From: Nautiliaceae bacterium
Lineage (GTDB): Bacteria > Campylobacterota > Campylobacteria > Campylobacterales > Nautiliaceae
DNA: 58,059 nt
Direction: 5' to 3'
NCBI GenBank assembly: GCA_039831155.1
Contig: JBDONT010000013.1
Coordinates: 1-58,059, forward strand
Shown here: positions 9,090-19,263 of the stretch, piece by piece
How the letters are laid out: each line of letters opens with the position of its first letter
Numbering within the stretch: position 1 is the stretch's first letter
Position numbers and translations under genes: made by a program
The notes under the pieces: model-generated
The model's database searches: none
Told to the model about the DNA's origin: nothing
The model's input: only the letters and a program-made list of their open reading frames with translations

Positions 9090-10259
9090 TTATTTTAAAG
9101 AGATTTTTTGGATTAATTCTTTTGCTTTTGTTAATGCGTTTTTGGAAGACGAATCACTTACTAATAAAACTCCCATTCTACGCCCAGGATGTGCTACGGG
9201 TTTTCCAAATATCACAAATCTTGAGTTTTCCCCAAACACTAAAGGGTCTACTTCGAAAGTAGGAGCGATTGAGTCTTTGTCGGCTTTAAATGCGGCACTG
9301 GCACCCGGAGTTATAAACTGAAATTTAAGAGGCAGGTTAAGTACCGCTCTTATATGAAGGGCAAATTCGCTTTGAGATTGTGTTATAAGCGTTACAAGCC
9401 CCGTATCGTGAGGGCGAGGAGAAACTTCACTAAAATATACCTCATCCCCTTTTACAAACAGTTCAACTCCAAAAATTCCTCTACCACCAAGCCCTTCTAC
9501 TATTTTTTTGGCGATTTCTTTTGATTTTTGTAAAGCAACTTCGCTCATTTCCATTTCTTGCCATGAGAATATATAATCTCCTCCGCTTTGGATATGTCCG
9601 ATTGGAGGACAAAATACTGTTTCTCTGTTGTTTTTTGCGGTAAGGAGTGTGATTTCGTAATCAAAATCGATAAATTCTTCAACTATCAACTCATCGGCAC
9701 TTCCTCTTGCGTCCTCTTTTGCGAATTCCCAAGCGTTAATTACTTCTTCGGGGCTTTTTACGATACTTTGTCCGTGTCCAGATGAAGACATAATAGGTTT
9801 GACTACTACCGGGTATTCTAATTCGTCGCAGGCTTCTTTTAACTCTTCGTAAGTTGAGACGAATTTATATTTTGATGTTTTAAGTCCAAGTGTTTCAGCT
9901 GCAAAAACGCGAATATTTTTTCTATTCATTGTTTTGTTTACGGCCTCTGCGTTTGGAATTACATAAAACCCTTCTTTTTCGGCTTCAAAAAGAGCGTCTA
10001 TGTTTATTGCTTCAATTTCCGGTAAAATAAAAGAAGGTTTTTCGCGTCTTATAACTTCAAGCACTTCGTTTTTGTTTTTCATATCGATTACGTAACTCTT
10101 TTGTGCCACAAGCATCGCAGGTGCGTTTGGGTATCTGTCTACTGCGATAACTTCACATCCTAGGCGATTTGCTTCAATTGCAACTTCTTTACCTAATTCT
10201 CCGCTTCCAAGCAGCATTATTTTAACTGAATTTGATTTTAATGGTGTTGTTAGAATCAT
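9090..10259 (-). CDS. purT: Formate-dependent GAR transformylase
   Basis: [34 protein letters not shown]. Confidence 0.97.
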   Translation of the reverse strand: MILTTPLKSNSVKIMLLGSGELGKEVAIEANRLGCEVIAVDRYPNAPAMLVAQKSYVIDMKNKNEVLEVIRREKPSFILPEIEAINIDALFEAEKEGFYVIPNAEAVNKTMNRKNIRVFAAETLGLKTSKYKFVSTYEELKEACDELEYPVVVKPIMSSSGHGQSIVKSPEEVINAWEFAKEDARGSADELIVEEFIDFDYEITLLTAKNNRETVFCPPIGHIQSGGDYIFSWQEMEMSEVALQKSKEIAKKIVEGLGGRGIFGVELFVKGDEVYFSEVSPRPHDTGLVTLITQSQSEFALHIRAVLNLPLKFQFITPGASAAFKADKDSIAPTFEVDPLVFGENSRFVIFGKPVAHPGRRMGVLLVSDSSSKNALTKAKELIQKISLK

Positions 10260-10798
10260 TTTCTTCTCCTTAATTTTTTAAATACATTATCAAAATCTAT
10301 CTCCACTTCGCAATTTAAATTATCATTTAATTTTAAAGTCTCTTTTGAAAAGTCTCCTATTTTTCTGAATTCGGAATTTTCGTTTTTGTATATTTTTGCG
10401 ATAAGTCTATCAGGGTAGGCTAATATATAATATTTCACATTTTCTTTTTCGTAAATTTCGAATTTTATCTTTTCGTCTCTCTTGGCACTGCTTTTACTTA
10501 CAACTTCTACCACAATCTCCGGTGCTTTTGTAATAAAGTCTCCATCTTCATTGCAAACAACGCTTACATCGGGTTTAAGGATAGTATCTTCATATACGAT
10601 GTAGTCTTCTTCTACTAAAACTTCACACTCTTCACAGTCTTTTAAAGTCTTATTTAGTTCATAAGCAAACATTCCAAGTAGATTTTGATGTGTTCTTAGG
10701 GGAGACGGAGCCATAGCTATGGGTTGTCCGTATATTAGCTCCCAGTCTCCTTCCCAGTGTTTGTAATCGTCGTAGGTGTAGTATTCGATTAAGCACAT
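10256..10798 (-). CDS. Uma2/DUF820-family PD-(D/E)xK protein
   Basis: [28 protein letters not shown]. Confidence 0.9.
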   Translation of the reverse strand: MCLIEYYTYDDYKHWEGDWELIYGQPIAMAPSPLRTHQNLLGMFAYELNKTLKDCEECEVLVEEDYIVYEDTILKPDVSVVCNEDGDFITKAPEIVVEVVSKSSAKRDEKIKFEIYEKENVKYYILAYPDRLIAKIYKNENSEFRKIGDFSKETLKLNDNLNCEVEIDFDNVFKKLRRRK

Positions 10799-10810
10799 TT
10801 TCTACCTTTT

Positions 10811-10824
10811 TTGATATATGTCAA
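10811..10824. promoter_or_regulatory. Crp/Fnr-type box between the Uma2 gene and feoA
   Basis: TTGAT-ATAT-GTCAA, one mismatch to TTGAT-N4-ATCAA. Confidence 0.4.
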
Positions 10825-10883
10825 TAAATTTTTATACTTATATTGGTATTATACCAAACAAAAACGGCTAATAAAGGTTGGTT

Positions 10884-11105
10884 ATGAGACTTAACGAATT
10901 AAAAATAGGCGAGAGTGGGGTTGTAAAAAAAGTTTATGCCAAAGAACCTTTAAAGAGTCGTCTTTTTGCGTTCGGTATAGCAAAGGGACAGAGAGTAAAG
11001 GTTTTAAAACACACTTTGGCAAAAAACACTTATGAAATAGAAATAGGAAATACCAAAGTGGCTTTAAGAGAAGAAGAAGCGGCAGAAATTGAAGTTGAAA
11101 AATAA
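10884..11105 (+). CDS. feoA: Ferrous iron transport protein A
   Basis: SH3-like FeoA pattern RLFAFGI..G..VKV..ALREEEA; upstream of feoB. Confidence 0.95.
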   Translation: MRLNELKIGESGVVKKVYAKEPLKSRLFAFGIAKGQRVKVLKHTLAKNTYEIEIGNTKVALREEEAAEIEVEK

Positions 11106-11114
11106 GGAAATTAG

Positions 11115-13178
11115 ATGAGAGAAATTGTAGTAGCACTTGTAGGACAACCAAATGTCGGAAAGAGTCATTTAATTAATTCTATCTCCGGGGCTCAACTTCA
11201 CGTTGGTAATTTTAGCGGTGTGACTGTTGAGAAAAAGGAAGTCGTATTCGAAAGAGACGGTTATAAGATTAAGTTTATAGATTTACCGGGTACTTACTCT
11301 TTGCATACTTATACCCCGGAAGAGGAGGTTACTAAAAAATTTTTATTTGAAGAGAAGTATGATTTAATATTAAACGTTCTTGATTCGAATCAGCTTGAGA
11401 AAAACTTAACTCTAACCTGGCAGCTTAGCGATTTGCAAAAGCCTATGGTTGTGGCTTTTAATATGTATGACGAATTTGCAAGAGAGGGTGGAGAGATTGA
11501 TACCGATAAGTTCGCAAAACTTACAAATATATTAGCTCAAAACGTATCGGCAAAAGAAAAATTCGGACTTGAAGAGCTTTTTAAAAAGGTTATAAAAACT
11601 TTTGAGGATAAAAACATCCCAAACGTTTATTATAGCGAGATAGTGGAAGAGGAGATTGATTCTCTTCAAAGAAAAATCAAAAACTGCAAATTTTCAAAAA
11701 GATTTGTGGTTATCAGACTCTTAGAAGATGATGAGTATATGTATAGGTTTGTTCACGAAAAACCTTGGTTTGTGGATATTATGTCTTCTCTTAACTCTTC
11801 AAAAGAGAGATTAAGAATAGAATACGACGAAGAAGATACGAAGACTATTTTATTTGAAGAGCGTTTGGCTTTGGCTAAAGGAATAGTAACTCAAGTCGCT
11901 AAAAAAGCGAAAAAAGAGACCGTTACGGAAAAAGTTGACAAAATTTTAATACATCCGATTTTAGGGCTTCCTCTGTTTTTATTTATTATGTGGGCTATAT
12001 TTCAGGCGACTTTTAGTCTGGGTGCCATTCCTATGGAGTATATCGATAAGGCTTTTAGTGCTTTTGGAGAGATACTCTCTAACGCTTTGCCAAAAGGGCT
12101 TATAAATGATGCTATAGTAAAAGGGGTTATTCCGGCGGTGGGTGCCGTTGTTATGTTTTTGCCGAATATTTTAATTCTGTTTTTAGGGATAAATCTACTT
12201 GAACAGACCGGTTATATGGCAAGGGCCGCTTATATTATGGATGGGGTTTTAAAGCGTTTCGGACTTCAGGGAAGGGCCTTTATACCTCTTGTGAGCGGGT
12301 TTGGATGTAGTGTACCGGCGTATATGGCTGCCAGAACTCTTAAAAACCCAAAAGACAGACTCATAACTATGCTTGTAATAGGATTTATGAGTTGTGGAGC
12401 CAGACTACCTATTTACGTGCTTTTAGTGAGTGCCTTTTTTCCGAAGGATATTCAAGGAAACGTTTTGTTTGCTATTTATATAGGCGGGGCTATAACGGGA
12501 CTTGTTGTGGCTAAGATTTTAAGAAACGTACTTTTTAAAGGAGAGCCGGAACCATTTGTTATGGAATTGCCTAAGTATAGGTTTCCTAAATTAAAAGCGA
12601 TAATTTTTGATTTATGGCTTAAGAGTAAACTTTATTTGAAAAAAGCCGGGACTTTTATTGCCGCCGCTAGTTTGGTTGTTTGGTTTTTAAGTTCTTTTCC
12701 AAGGGAAAGTATCGTAAAAAAATATGAGGCTTTAATTGAAAAAGAACCCTCAAAAAAAAGTGAGTTTGTTTTAAAAATGAATAAGGAGATACTTGAAAAT
12801 TCGTATCTTGCAAAAATAGGTAAGGCTATTGAGCCAGTTTTTAAACCTCTGGGGCTTGGTTGGAGAGAGGATGTCTCCCTTATGGCCGGACTGGCTGCAA
12901 AAGAGGTTATAGTATCGACTCTTAGCGTCTTATACGGAAGCGATAATAAAAGCTCAAAAGAGGTTGCAGCCACTATAAAGTCTCATATGAATGTTAAAGT
13001 GGCTATTGTGATGATTATAGTTATTATGTTTTATTCTCCTTGTCTTGCGGCGATGGGGACGTTTTGGGCTGAAGTGCCACAATGGCAGTGGAGGATTTTT
13101 TATACGGTTTATCCTAATATTTTTGCTTATGTGGCAGCTTTAGTTGCAGTGGTTATTATGAAAATTTTTAGTCCTTAA
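11115..13178 (+). CDS. feoB: Ferrous iron transport protein B
   Basis: GQPNVGKS, GVTVE, DLPG, NMYD, GFGCSVPA, FVMELP. Confidence 0.97.
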   Translation: MREIVVALVGQPNVGKSHLINSISGAQLHVGNFSGVTVEKKEVVFERDGYKIKFIDLPGTYSLHTYTPEEEVTKKFLFEEKYDLILNVLDSNQLEKNLTLTWQLSDLQKPMVVAFNMYDEFAREGGEIDTDKFAKLTNILAQNVSAKEKFGLEELFKKVIKTFEDKNIPNVYYSEIVEEEIDSLQRKIKNCKFSKRFVVIRLLEDDEYMYRFVHEKPWFVDIMSSLNSSKERLRIEYDEEDTKTILFEERLALAKGIVTQVAKKAKKETVTEKVDKILIHPILGLPLFLFIMWAIFQATFSLGAIPMEYIDKAFSAFGEILSNALPKGLINDAIVKGVIPAVGAVVMFLPNILILFLGINLLEQTGYMARAAYIMDGVLKRFGLQGRAFIPLVSGFGCSVPAYMAARTLKNPKDRLITMLVIGFMSCGARLPIYVLLVSAFFPKDIQGNVLFAIYIGGAITGLVVAKILRNVLFKGEPEPFVMELPKYRFPKLKAIIFDLWLKSKLYLKKAGTFIAAASLVVWFLSSFPRESIVKKYEALIEKEPSKKSEFVLKMNKEILENSYLAKIGKAIEPVFKPLGLGWREDVSLMAGLAAKEVIVSTLSVLYGSDNKSSKEVAATIKSHMNVKVAIVMIIVIMFYSPCLAAMGTFWAEVPQWQWRIFYTVYPNIFAYVAALVAVVIMKIFSP

Positions 13179-13200
13179 TTTAGGGCTTTTTTCTTTTTTC
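13171..13200 (+). terminator. Putative intrinsic terminator after feoB
   Basis: AGTCCT-taattt-AGGGCT followed by a T-rich run. Confidence 0.55.
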
Positions 13201-13304
13201 CTTAAACTTTACTTTTAATAAAAAAGGTTTATTATGGTAGCTTTAAGGAATAAATGCTATTATTCGCAAACTACAAATACTACTTTTAACTTCAAAGGAG
13301 AATA

Positions 13305-15746
13305 ATGTATCCAGGTATTACGGTGATTAAAAGAAACGGAAGACGAGAACCTCTTGATATTTCTAAAATCAGAAAATATACAAAGGCTGCTTGTGAGGGG
13401 CTTAAGGGGGTTGATTATACGGAACTTGAACTTGATGCCAAACTTCAGTTTCGTGACGGAATTACTACGGCTGAAATTCAAGAGACGTTAATTAAAACGG
13501 CAGTTGATAAAATTGATGTCGATAGACCTAATTGGAACTTTGTGGCAGCAAGACTTTTTTTATATGATTTATATCATAGGGTAACCGGATTTACGGGATA
13601 TAATCATTTAAGAGAATATTTTGAAAGAGGGGAAAAAGAGGGGAGAATTTTACTTGGGCTTAAAGAAAAATATGATTTGGATGATTTAAACGATTATATA
13701 AAAACCGATAGGGATTTGCAGTTTACTTATCTTGGGATAAAAACGCTTTATGACAGATATATTATAAAAGACAGACGAGGAAACCCTATTGAGCTTCCAC
13801 AGCAGCTTTTTATGGGTGTTGCTATGTTTTTGGCTCAAAACGAGATAAATCCTAATAGCATTCCTAACGCCGATAAAGATAAAGTTAATTTAAACGACCC
13901 GAAATCCATTAGAGGGTATTGGGCTAAGAAGTTTTATGACGTTATTTCCAAATTCGAGGTAATGGTAGCAACTCCTACTCTTAGCAACGCAAGAACGACG
14001 CGTCACCAATTAAGCAGTTGTTATGTCGGAAGTATGAACGATAACATTGAGGGGATTTTTGATGATTATAAAGAAATGGCTTTACTTAGTAAATTCGGTG
14101 GAGGAATCGGATGGGATTTTAGTAAGATAAGAGCCCTTGGGAGCTTTATAGACAATCATAAAAACGCAGCCGGTGGGGTTGTGCCTTGGCTTAAAATTAC
14201 AAACGATATCGCAATTGCAGTAGACCAGCTGGGAACTAGAAAAGGTGCGATTGCCGTTTATCTTGAGCCGTGGCATATGGATATTTTGGACTTTTTGGAT
14301 TTGAAGAAAAACTCCGGAGAAGAGAGACGCAGGGCTCACGATTTGTTTCCGGCTTTATGGATTAGCGATTTATTTATGAAAAGAGTTCAAAACGATGAGC
14401 TTTGGACGCTTTTTGACCCTTACGAAGTATCGGATTTAACAGACCTTTACGGTGAAGAGTTTGAAAAAAGGTATATAGAATACGAAAACGACCCAAATAT
14501 CACAAAAGAAAAAATTAAAGCGAAAGATTTATGGAAAAAAATTTTAAGAGAGTATTATGAAACTGGAAATCCTTTTCTTTGTTTTAAAGATAATGCAAAC
14601 AGAAGAAATCAAAACGACCACGCCGGAATTATTAGAAGCTCAAACCTTTGTACCGAAATTTTTCAAAACACAGAACCGAATCATTATAAAGTAAAAGTCG
14701 TTTATGAAGATGAGAGCTTTGATTTGTTTGAAGAGGAAGAGGATGTTGAGGTAACTCAAGGTGAAGTGAAAATAGTTAAAAAAGCGAAAAAAATAACTTC
14801 TATTGACGAAATTAACGGTAAAAGAGTTTATATCGTGGAAAAAGTGTCGGTGGAGGGGAAAACTGCCGTTTGTAACCTTGCTAGTGTGAATTTATCTAAA
14901 GTAAATACACCGGAAAAAATTGAAGAAGTTGTTCCGATTGCCATTAGAATGCTTGATAACGTAATTGATTTGAACTACTATCCGGTTAGAAAAACAAAAG
15001 ATACGAACCTTAAAAACAGAGCCATAGGTCTTGGTGCTATGGGTGAGGCTCAAATGCTTGCCGAAAAGCAGATTCACTGGGGAAGTGACGAGCATTTAAG
15101 AGTGATTGACGAAATTTTTGAGGGGATTAGTTACTGGGCTATAAAAACAAGTGCTTCTTTGGCTCAAGAAAAGGGAATTTATCCGGAATTTAATGGTAGC
15201 AGATGGTCTAGGGGAATTCTTCCTATAGACAGTGCGAATGAAGAGGCTAAAAAGCTGGTAAACAGGGATTTATTCAGTGCTACTGCTTATGATTGGGAAG
15301 GGGTAAGAGAAGAGGTTAAAAAAGGAATGAGAAACGGATATTTAATGGCTATAGCTCCTACTAGTTCCATTTCTATTCTTACAGGAACCACTCAAACGAT
15401 AGAGCCGGTTTATAAAAGAAAATGGTTTGAAGAGAATTTAAGTGGATTAATTCCAGTGGTAGTGCCTAATCTTAGTGCCGAGACGTGGATGTTTTATACT
15501 CCGGCGTATGAACTTGACCAAAGAATACTTGTAAAAGCGGCGGCAATTCGTCAAAAATGGATAGACCAGGGACAAAGTCTTAATATCTTTATTACAACCG
15601 ATAAAGCAAGTGGAAAATATTTAAATGAAATTTATATGCTTGGATGGAAACTAGGACTTAAATCGTTTTATTATTTAAGAAGTCAGTCTCCGGAAATTAA
15701 AGAAGAGGTAATGGATAGAAGCGTTGAGTGTTTCGGGTGTCAGTAG
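13305..15746 (+). CDS. nrdA: Class I ribonucleotide reductase alpha subunit
   Basis: ATP cone (VIKRNG), LSSC, SNLCTEI, CNLAS, APTSSIS, YYLRS, C-terminal CxxC. Confidence 0.98.
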   Translation: MYPGITVIKRNGRREPLDISKIRKYTKAACEGLKGVDYTELELDAKLQFRDGITTAEIQETLIKTAVDKIDVDRPNWNFVAARLFLYDLYHRVTGFTGYNHLREYFERGEKEGRILLGLKEKYDLDDLNDYIKTDRDLQFTYLGIKTLYDRYIIKDRRGNPIELPQQLFMGVAMFLAQNEINPNSIPNADKDKVNLNDPKSIRGYWAKKFYDVISKFEVMVATPTLSNARTTRHQLSSCYVGSMNDNIEGIFDDYKEMALLSKFGGGIGWDFSKIRALGSFIDNHKNAAGGVVPWLKITNDIAIAVDQLGTRKGAIAVYLEPWHMDILDFLDLKKNSGEERRRAHDLFPALWISDLFMKRVQNDELWTLFDPYEVSDLTDLYGEEFEKRYIEYENDPNITKEKIKAKDLWKKILREYYETGNPFLCFKDNANRRNQNDHAGIIRSSNLCTEIFQNTEPNHYKVKVVYEDESFDLFEEEEDVEVTQGEVKIVKKAKKITSIDEINGKRVYIVEKVSVEGKTAVCNLASVNLSKVNTPEKIEEVVPIAIRMLDNVIDLNYYPVRKTKDTNLKNRAIGLGAMGEAQMLAEKQIHWGSDEHLRVIDEIFEGISYWAIKTSASLAQEKGIYPEFNGSRWSRGILPIDSANEEAKKLVNRDLFSATAYDWEGVREEVKKGMRNGYLMAIAPTSSISILTGTTQTIEPVYKRKWFEENLSGLIPVVVPNLSAETWMFYTPAYELDQRILVKAAAIRQKWIDQGQSLNIFITTDKASGKYLNEIYMLGWKLGLKSFYYLRSQSPEIKEEVMDRSVECFGCQ

Positions 15747-15754
15747 GAGATAAA

Positions 15755-16591
15755 GTGAGTAAGATAGTAGCTATATTTGTTTGTATTATTATAGGAATTC
15801 TCTCCCTTTTTGTTGGATTTTTAGTAATAAATGAGCTATCATTTGAAGTTTTAGAGAAATTGAAAATTTTATCTTATATATTAATCTCTTTTTCTGTGAT
15901 GATTGCAATTTTGCAATATAGAGAGAACCTAAAACAAAATGAAAACATATCTAAATGGAACAAAAAACAGATTACTATTACACAATTACATAATTTAAGA
16001 CAATCTCTAAACGAAATTACAAAAGAATTAAATAATTATCTAAATACCAGAAGAAAAGAGCCTTATAGTGTAAGAGAAATTCACTCTTTATTCGGTATTA
16101 TTATTGATTGGAGTAAATTGAGCGATTCGGAAAAGGAAAAGTTGGAAAATTTTTTCGGAAGTTATATACAAAAAGAAGATGATATTCCCAATGCCGGAAG
16201 TGTAAGAGAAAATTTTAGATTTGTTTTTTACAAAGAGGATATTCCGCAAAATGTTGAAGAAATTATTGATAAAGTTAGATTAACCAATAAAAGATTGGAA
16301 GAAGAAAAATTAAATGACTTATATTATCATCAAGAATGGAAAAATTATGACGGGAAGTTTTTAAACAAGTCTTTACATAGCTTTTTAAGTGAATATGAGT
16401 ATTTATCTACCGGTGTTAATAATAATATTTTTGAAATAAAAATTGTAGACGATTTAATGGGAAGTCCCGTTATAAGAGCTTATGAAACTTTTAGTTTGTA
16501 TATTTCTCATTTAAGAGAATATCATCAATTAAAAACGTTGTATACTCAATTTCAAAAACTTTATGAAACTATAAAAAGAGAAAGAGGTTAA
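15755..16591 (+). CDS. Membrane-anchored DUF4760-like protein between nrdA and nrdB
   Basis: GTG 15755 after AGGAG; 2 N-terminal TM segments; FLSEYEYLSTGVNNNIFE..YTQFQKLY resembles DUF4760; visibly AT-rich. Confidence 0.75.
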   Translation: MSKIVAIFVCIIIGILSLFVGFLVINELSFEVLEKLKILSYILISFSVMIAILQYRENLKQNENISKWNKKQITITQLHNLRQSLNEITKELNNYLNTRRKEPYSVREIHSLFGIIIDWSKLSDSEKEKLENFFGSYIQKEDDIPNAGSVRENFRFVFYKEDIPQNVEEIIDKVRLTNKRLEEEKLNDLYYHQEWKNYDGKFLNKSLHSFLSEYEYLSTGVNNNIFEIKIVDDLMGSPVIRAYETFSLYISHLREYHQLKTLYTQFQKLYETIKRERG

Positions 16592-16626
16592 AAAGGAGGC
16601 CAATCTTGAAAAATTTTACACATCAT
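16588..16626 (-). CDS. Candidate 12-aa micro-peptide MMCKIFQDWPPF
   Basis: AAAAAGGAG SD and own promoter; its stop overlaps the stop of the DUF4760-like gene. Confidence 0.45.
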   Translation of the reverse strand: MMCKIFQDWPPF

Positions 16627-16641
16627 AACTCCTTTTTGAAT

Positions 16642-16670
16642 ATAATATAAAAAATCAGATATTTTGTCAA
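16642..16670 (-). promoter_or_regulatory. Sigma70 promoter for the antisense micro-ORF
   Basis: Minus strand TTGACA-17 nt-TATTAT; overlaps plus-strand TATAAT (16641-16646) ahead of nrdB. Confidence 0.55.
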
Positions 16671-16679
16671 GGAGAGAAA

Positions 16680-17720
16680 ATGCAAATAAAAAAACTGTTT
16701 AACTATAACTGCCCTATTCATAAAGGTAGTACGACTTCAATTATTAACGGATGTACGGAGGGTATAATTAACTTAAATAACCTTTCTTATCCGTGGGCTT
16801 ATAATTTGTGGGATATAATGCTTGCAAACACTTGGTTCCCAAGAGAAGTGGATTTAACGGAAGACGCAAGACAATATAGACAACTGCTTCCAGCAGAAAA
16901 AAGAATGTACGATAAGGCTTTAAGTCAGCTTATTTTTATGGATAGTATTCAAACGAATAATACTCCAGACCACGTTAATCCTTGGATTACGGCACCGGAA
17001 GTTAATATGTGTTTGGTTCGTCAAGCTTTTGAAGAAGCACTTCACTCTCAAAGTTATGCCGTAATGGTTGATAGTATTTCTCTAAATACCGAAGAGATTT
17101 ATGAGATGTGGAGGGCTGATGAGAATTTAAGAAAGAAAAACGAATTTATCGGAAACGTTTATGAAGAGTGGGGGATTAAGGCTTTAAACGGGGATGATGA
17201 GGCTAAAATTTATATGATTGTCGCAAACCAGGCGTTAGAGGGGATTTATTTTTATAACGGATTTGCAGCGTTTTATGTGCTGGCAAGAGCCGGAAAAATG
17301 ATTGGGTCGGCTCAAATGATTAGGTTTATTCAAAGGGACGAGGTTACTCATACTTTACTTTTTGCCAATATTTTTAAAGAGATAAAAAAAGAGTATCCGG
17401 ATTTGTTTACTCCAAATGTTATTAAAAATATAAAAGAAATGCTTTATGCGGCATATGAGCTTGAGAGAGACTGGGGGTATTATATAACAAACGATGAAAT
17501 CCTTGGAATGAGTAAAGAACTTATCGACAGATTTACAAAATATCTTGCAAATAGGCGTGTAAATGCTATGGGGCTTGAGCTTTTATTTCCTGAAGTCGGG
17601 CTTAAAAATCCTATTACGTGGTTTGATAGTTTCAGTTCTTTTAACGAACAAAAAACAAACTTTTTTGAAGGTAACGTCGTAAATTACTCTAAAGGGAGTT
17701 TAAATCTTGATGATTTTTAG
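16680..17720 (+). CDS. nrdB: Class Ia ribonucleotide reductase beta subunit
   Basis: D, EEALHSQSY (radical Tyr), LEGIYF, RDEVTH, NFFE..Y tail. Confidence 0.97.
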   Translation: MQIKKLFNYNCPIHKGSTTSIINGCTEGIINLNNLSYPWAYNLWDIMLANTWFPREVDLTEDARQYRQLLPAEKRMYDKALSQLIFMDSIQTNNTPDHVNPWITAPEVNMCLVRQAFEEALHSQSYAVMVDSISLNTEEIYEMWRADENLRKKNEFIGNVYEEWGIKALNGDDEAKIYMIVANQALEGIYFYNGFAAFYVLARAGKMIGSAQMIRFIQRDEVTHTLLFANIFKEIKKEYPDLFTPNVIKNIKEMLYAAYELERDWGYYITNDEILGMSKELIDRFTKYLANRRVNAMGLELLFPEVGLKNPITWFDSFSSFNEQKTNFFEGNVVNYSKGSLNLDDF

Positions 17721-18126
17721 GCAAAAAGAAATTAATGTAAAAGCTCCTAAAAGGGGTTTTTTTATTATTACTGACAAAGTTTTAAGTGCAGTTGAGATAG
17801 ATGATATTAAAGTCGGGATGATGAATCTTTTTTTAAAACACACTTCAGCATCTCTTACAATAAACGAAAACGCTTCACCCGATGTTAGGGTTGATATGGA
17901 AGAGATTTCAAGTTCTCTTGTACCTGACGGATATAATTACGTTCATTCACTTGAAGGTTCTGATGATATGCCGGCACACTTTAAATCTTCGATTTTTGGG
18001 GTAAGTCTTAATATCCCTATAACAAACGGGCGTTTGAATCTAGGTACGTGGCAAGGGATTTATTTAAACGAACACAGAGATTATCCAAGTAGCAGAAAAA
18101 TTATAATTACAGTATGGGGAGTTTAG
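17710..18126 (+). CDS. yjbQ: YjbQ/UPF0047 family protein
   Basis: HTSASLTINEN, H..EG.DD..AH, LGTWQGI..E. Confidence 0.92.
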   Translation: MIFRQKEINVKAPKRGFFIITDKVLSAVEIDDIKVGMMNLFLKHTSASLTINENASPDVRVDMEEISSSLVPDGYNYVHSLEGSDDMPAHFKSSIFGVSLNIPITNGRLNLGTWQGIYLNEHRDYPSSRKIIITVWGV

Positions 18127-18127
18127 T

Positions 18128-18676
18128 ATGGAAATAATTGATTTTAATAAAATTGAGAGTAAAGAGCGTTATTTTTTAATGGCCGGAAATATTATTCCTA
18201 GACCGGTTGCGTGGATTGTAACTGAAAATAACGGAATTATAAACGTGGCTCCTTTTAGTTATTTTACGGGAGTATCAAGTAAGCCACCACTTCTTATGGT
18301 AAGTATCGGAAGAAAAAAACCAACCCTTGATGAGCCTAAAGACACGTATAAAAACTTGCGTGAAACAAAAAAAGCAAGTGTTTGTTTGGTGCCACTTGAT
18401 ATGTATGAAAAAATGGATAAAACGGGAGAAGTTTTGCCCTCAAATTTAAGTGAAGCCGAAAAATTCGGTATTGAGCTTGAGAGGGTTGATGAGAATTTTC
18501 CTCCGATTATCAAAGGATGTAAAAGAGCCTTTTTAACAACGCTTTATGGGACGTTTGAAAATGACGAGATGGCTACAATTCCTTTTTTTCTGGAGATTAC
18601 AAAAATGATAATGGATGGTGAGTTTGAGCCCGTTGCAAGAGTTGGAAAAGGGTATGCGAGGCTATGCGAGATATAA
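18128..18676 (+). CDS. Flavin reductase-like FMN-binding protein
   Basis: PRPVAW, NVAPFSYF, KDTYKN. Confidence 0.9.
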   Translation: MEIIDFNKIESKERYFLMAGNIIPRPVAWIVTENNGIINVAPFSYFTGVSSKPPLLMVSIGRKKPTLDEPKDTYKNLRETKKASVCLVPLDMYEKMDKTGEVLPSNLSEAEKFGIELERVDENFPPIIKGCKRAFLTTLYGTFENDEMATIPFFLEITKMIMDGEFEPVARVGKGYARLCEI

Positions 18677-18678
18677 AA

Positions 18679-19263
18679 ATGAATGCAAATAAAAATGCAA
18701 ATAAAATAGTATGTGTCGGAAGAAATTACGTAGAACATATAAAAGAACTAAACAACGAAATACCAAATGAGCCCGTTTATTTTATGAAGCTTTTTTCAAG
18801 TATCGGTAAAGATATTGTTTTACCGGGATATTCTCCTATGCATTATGAAGGGGAGATTTGTTTTTTGATAGGAGAAGAGCTTAAAGTAGGATTCGGGTTT
18901 GATTTTACTTTAAGAGAAGTTCAAAGTGAGCTTAAAAAAAGGGGACTTCCCTGGGAGAGGGCGAAGGCTTTTAAAAATTCTGCCGTATTTAGCGATTTTG
19001 TGGAGTTTGATGATATAAATTCACTTGGAGTTGAAGTTTATAAAAACGGTAAGCTTGTTCAAAAAGGTGATGTTAGTTTGATGATGTATAAGCCAGAGTG
19101 GCTTTTTAGTGATATTGATAAGATTTTTGGACTAGATTTTGGTGATATTGTAATGACGGGAACTCCTAAAGGTGTCGGTGTTGTAGAAAGTGGAGATGAG
19201 TTTGAAGGAAGGATTTTGGAAGGTAAAAAAATACTTGTCAGTAAAAAATGGATAGCAAAGTGA
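18679..19263 (+). CDS. Fumarylacetoacetate hydrolase family protein
   Basis: KIVCVGRNYVEH, HYEGE, DFTLR, WERAKAF, TGTPKGVG. Confidence 0.92.
   Translation: MNANKNANKIVCVGRNYVEHIKELNNEIPNEPVYFMKLFSSIGKDIVLPGYSPMHYEGEICFLIGEELKVGFGFDFTLREVQSELKKRGLPWERAKAFKNSAVFSDFVEFDDINSLGVEVYKNGKLVQKGDVSLMMYKPEWLFSDIDKIFGLDFGDIVMTGTPKGVGVVESGDEFEGRILEGKKILVSKKWIAK
18682..18705 (+). repeat. Perfect 12-bp tandem duplication (AATGCAAATAAA x2)
   Basis: Encodes NANK-NANK in frame. Confidence 0.85.

Noticed and set aside
14660-14870. Intein in NrdA
   Set aside because: Insert between SNLCTEI and CNLAS is short, lacks splice residues, and resembles the lineage-typical NrdA insertion
15755-16591. Homing endonuclease between nrdA and nrdB
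   Set aside because: No HNH, GIY-YIG or LAGLIDADG motif; it has N-terminal TM helices
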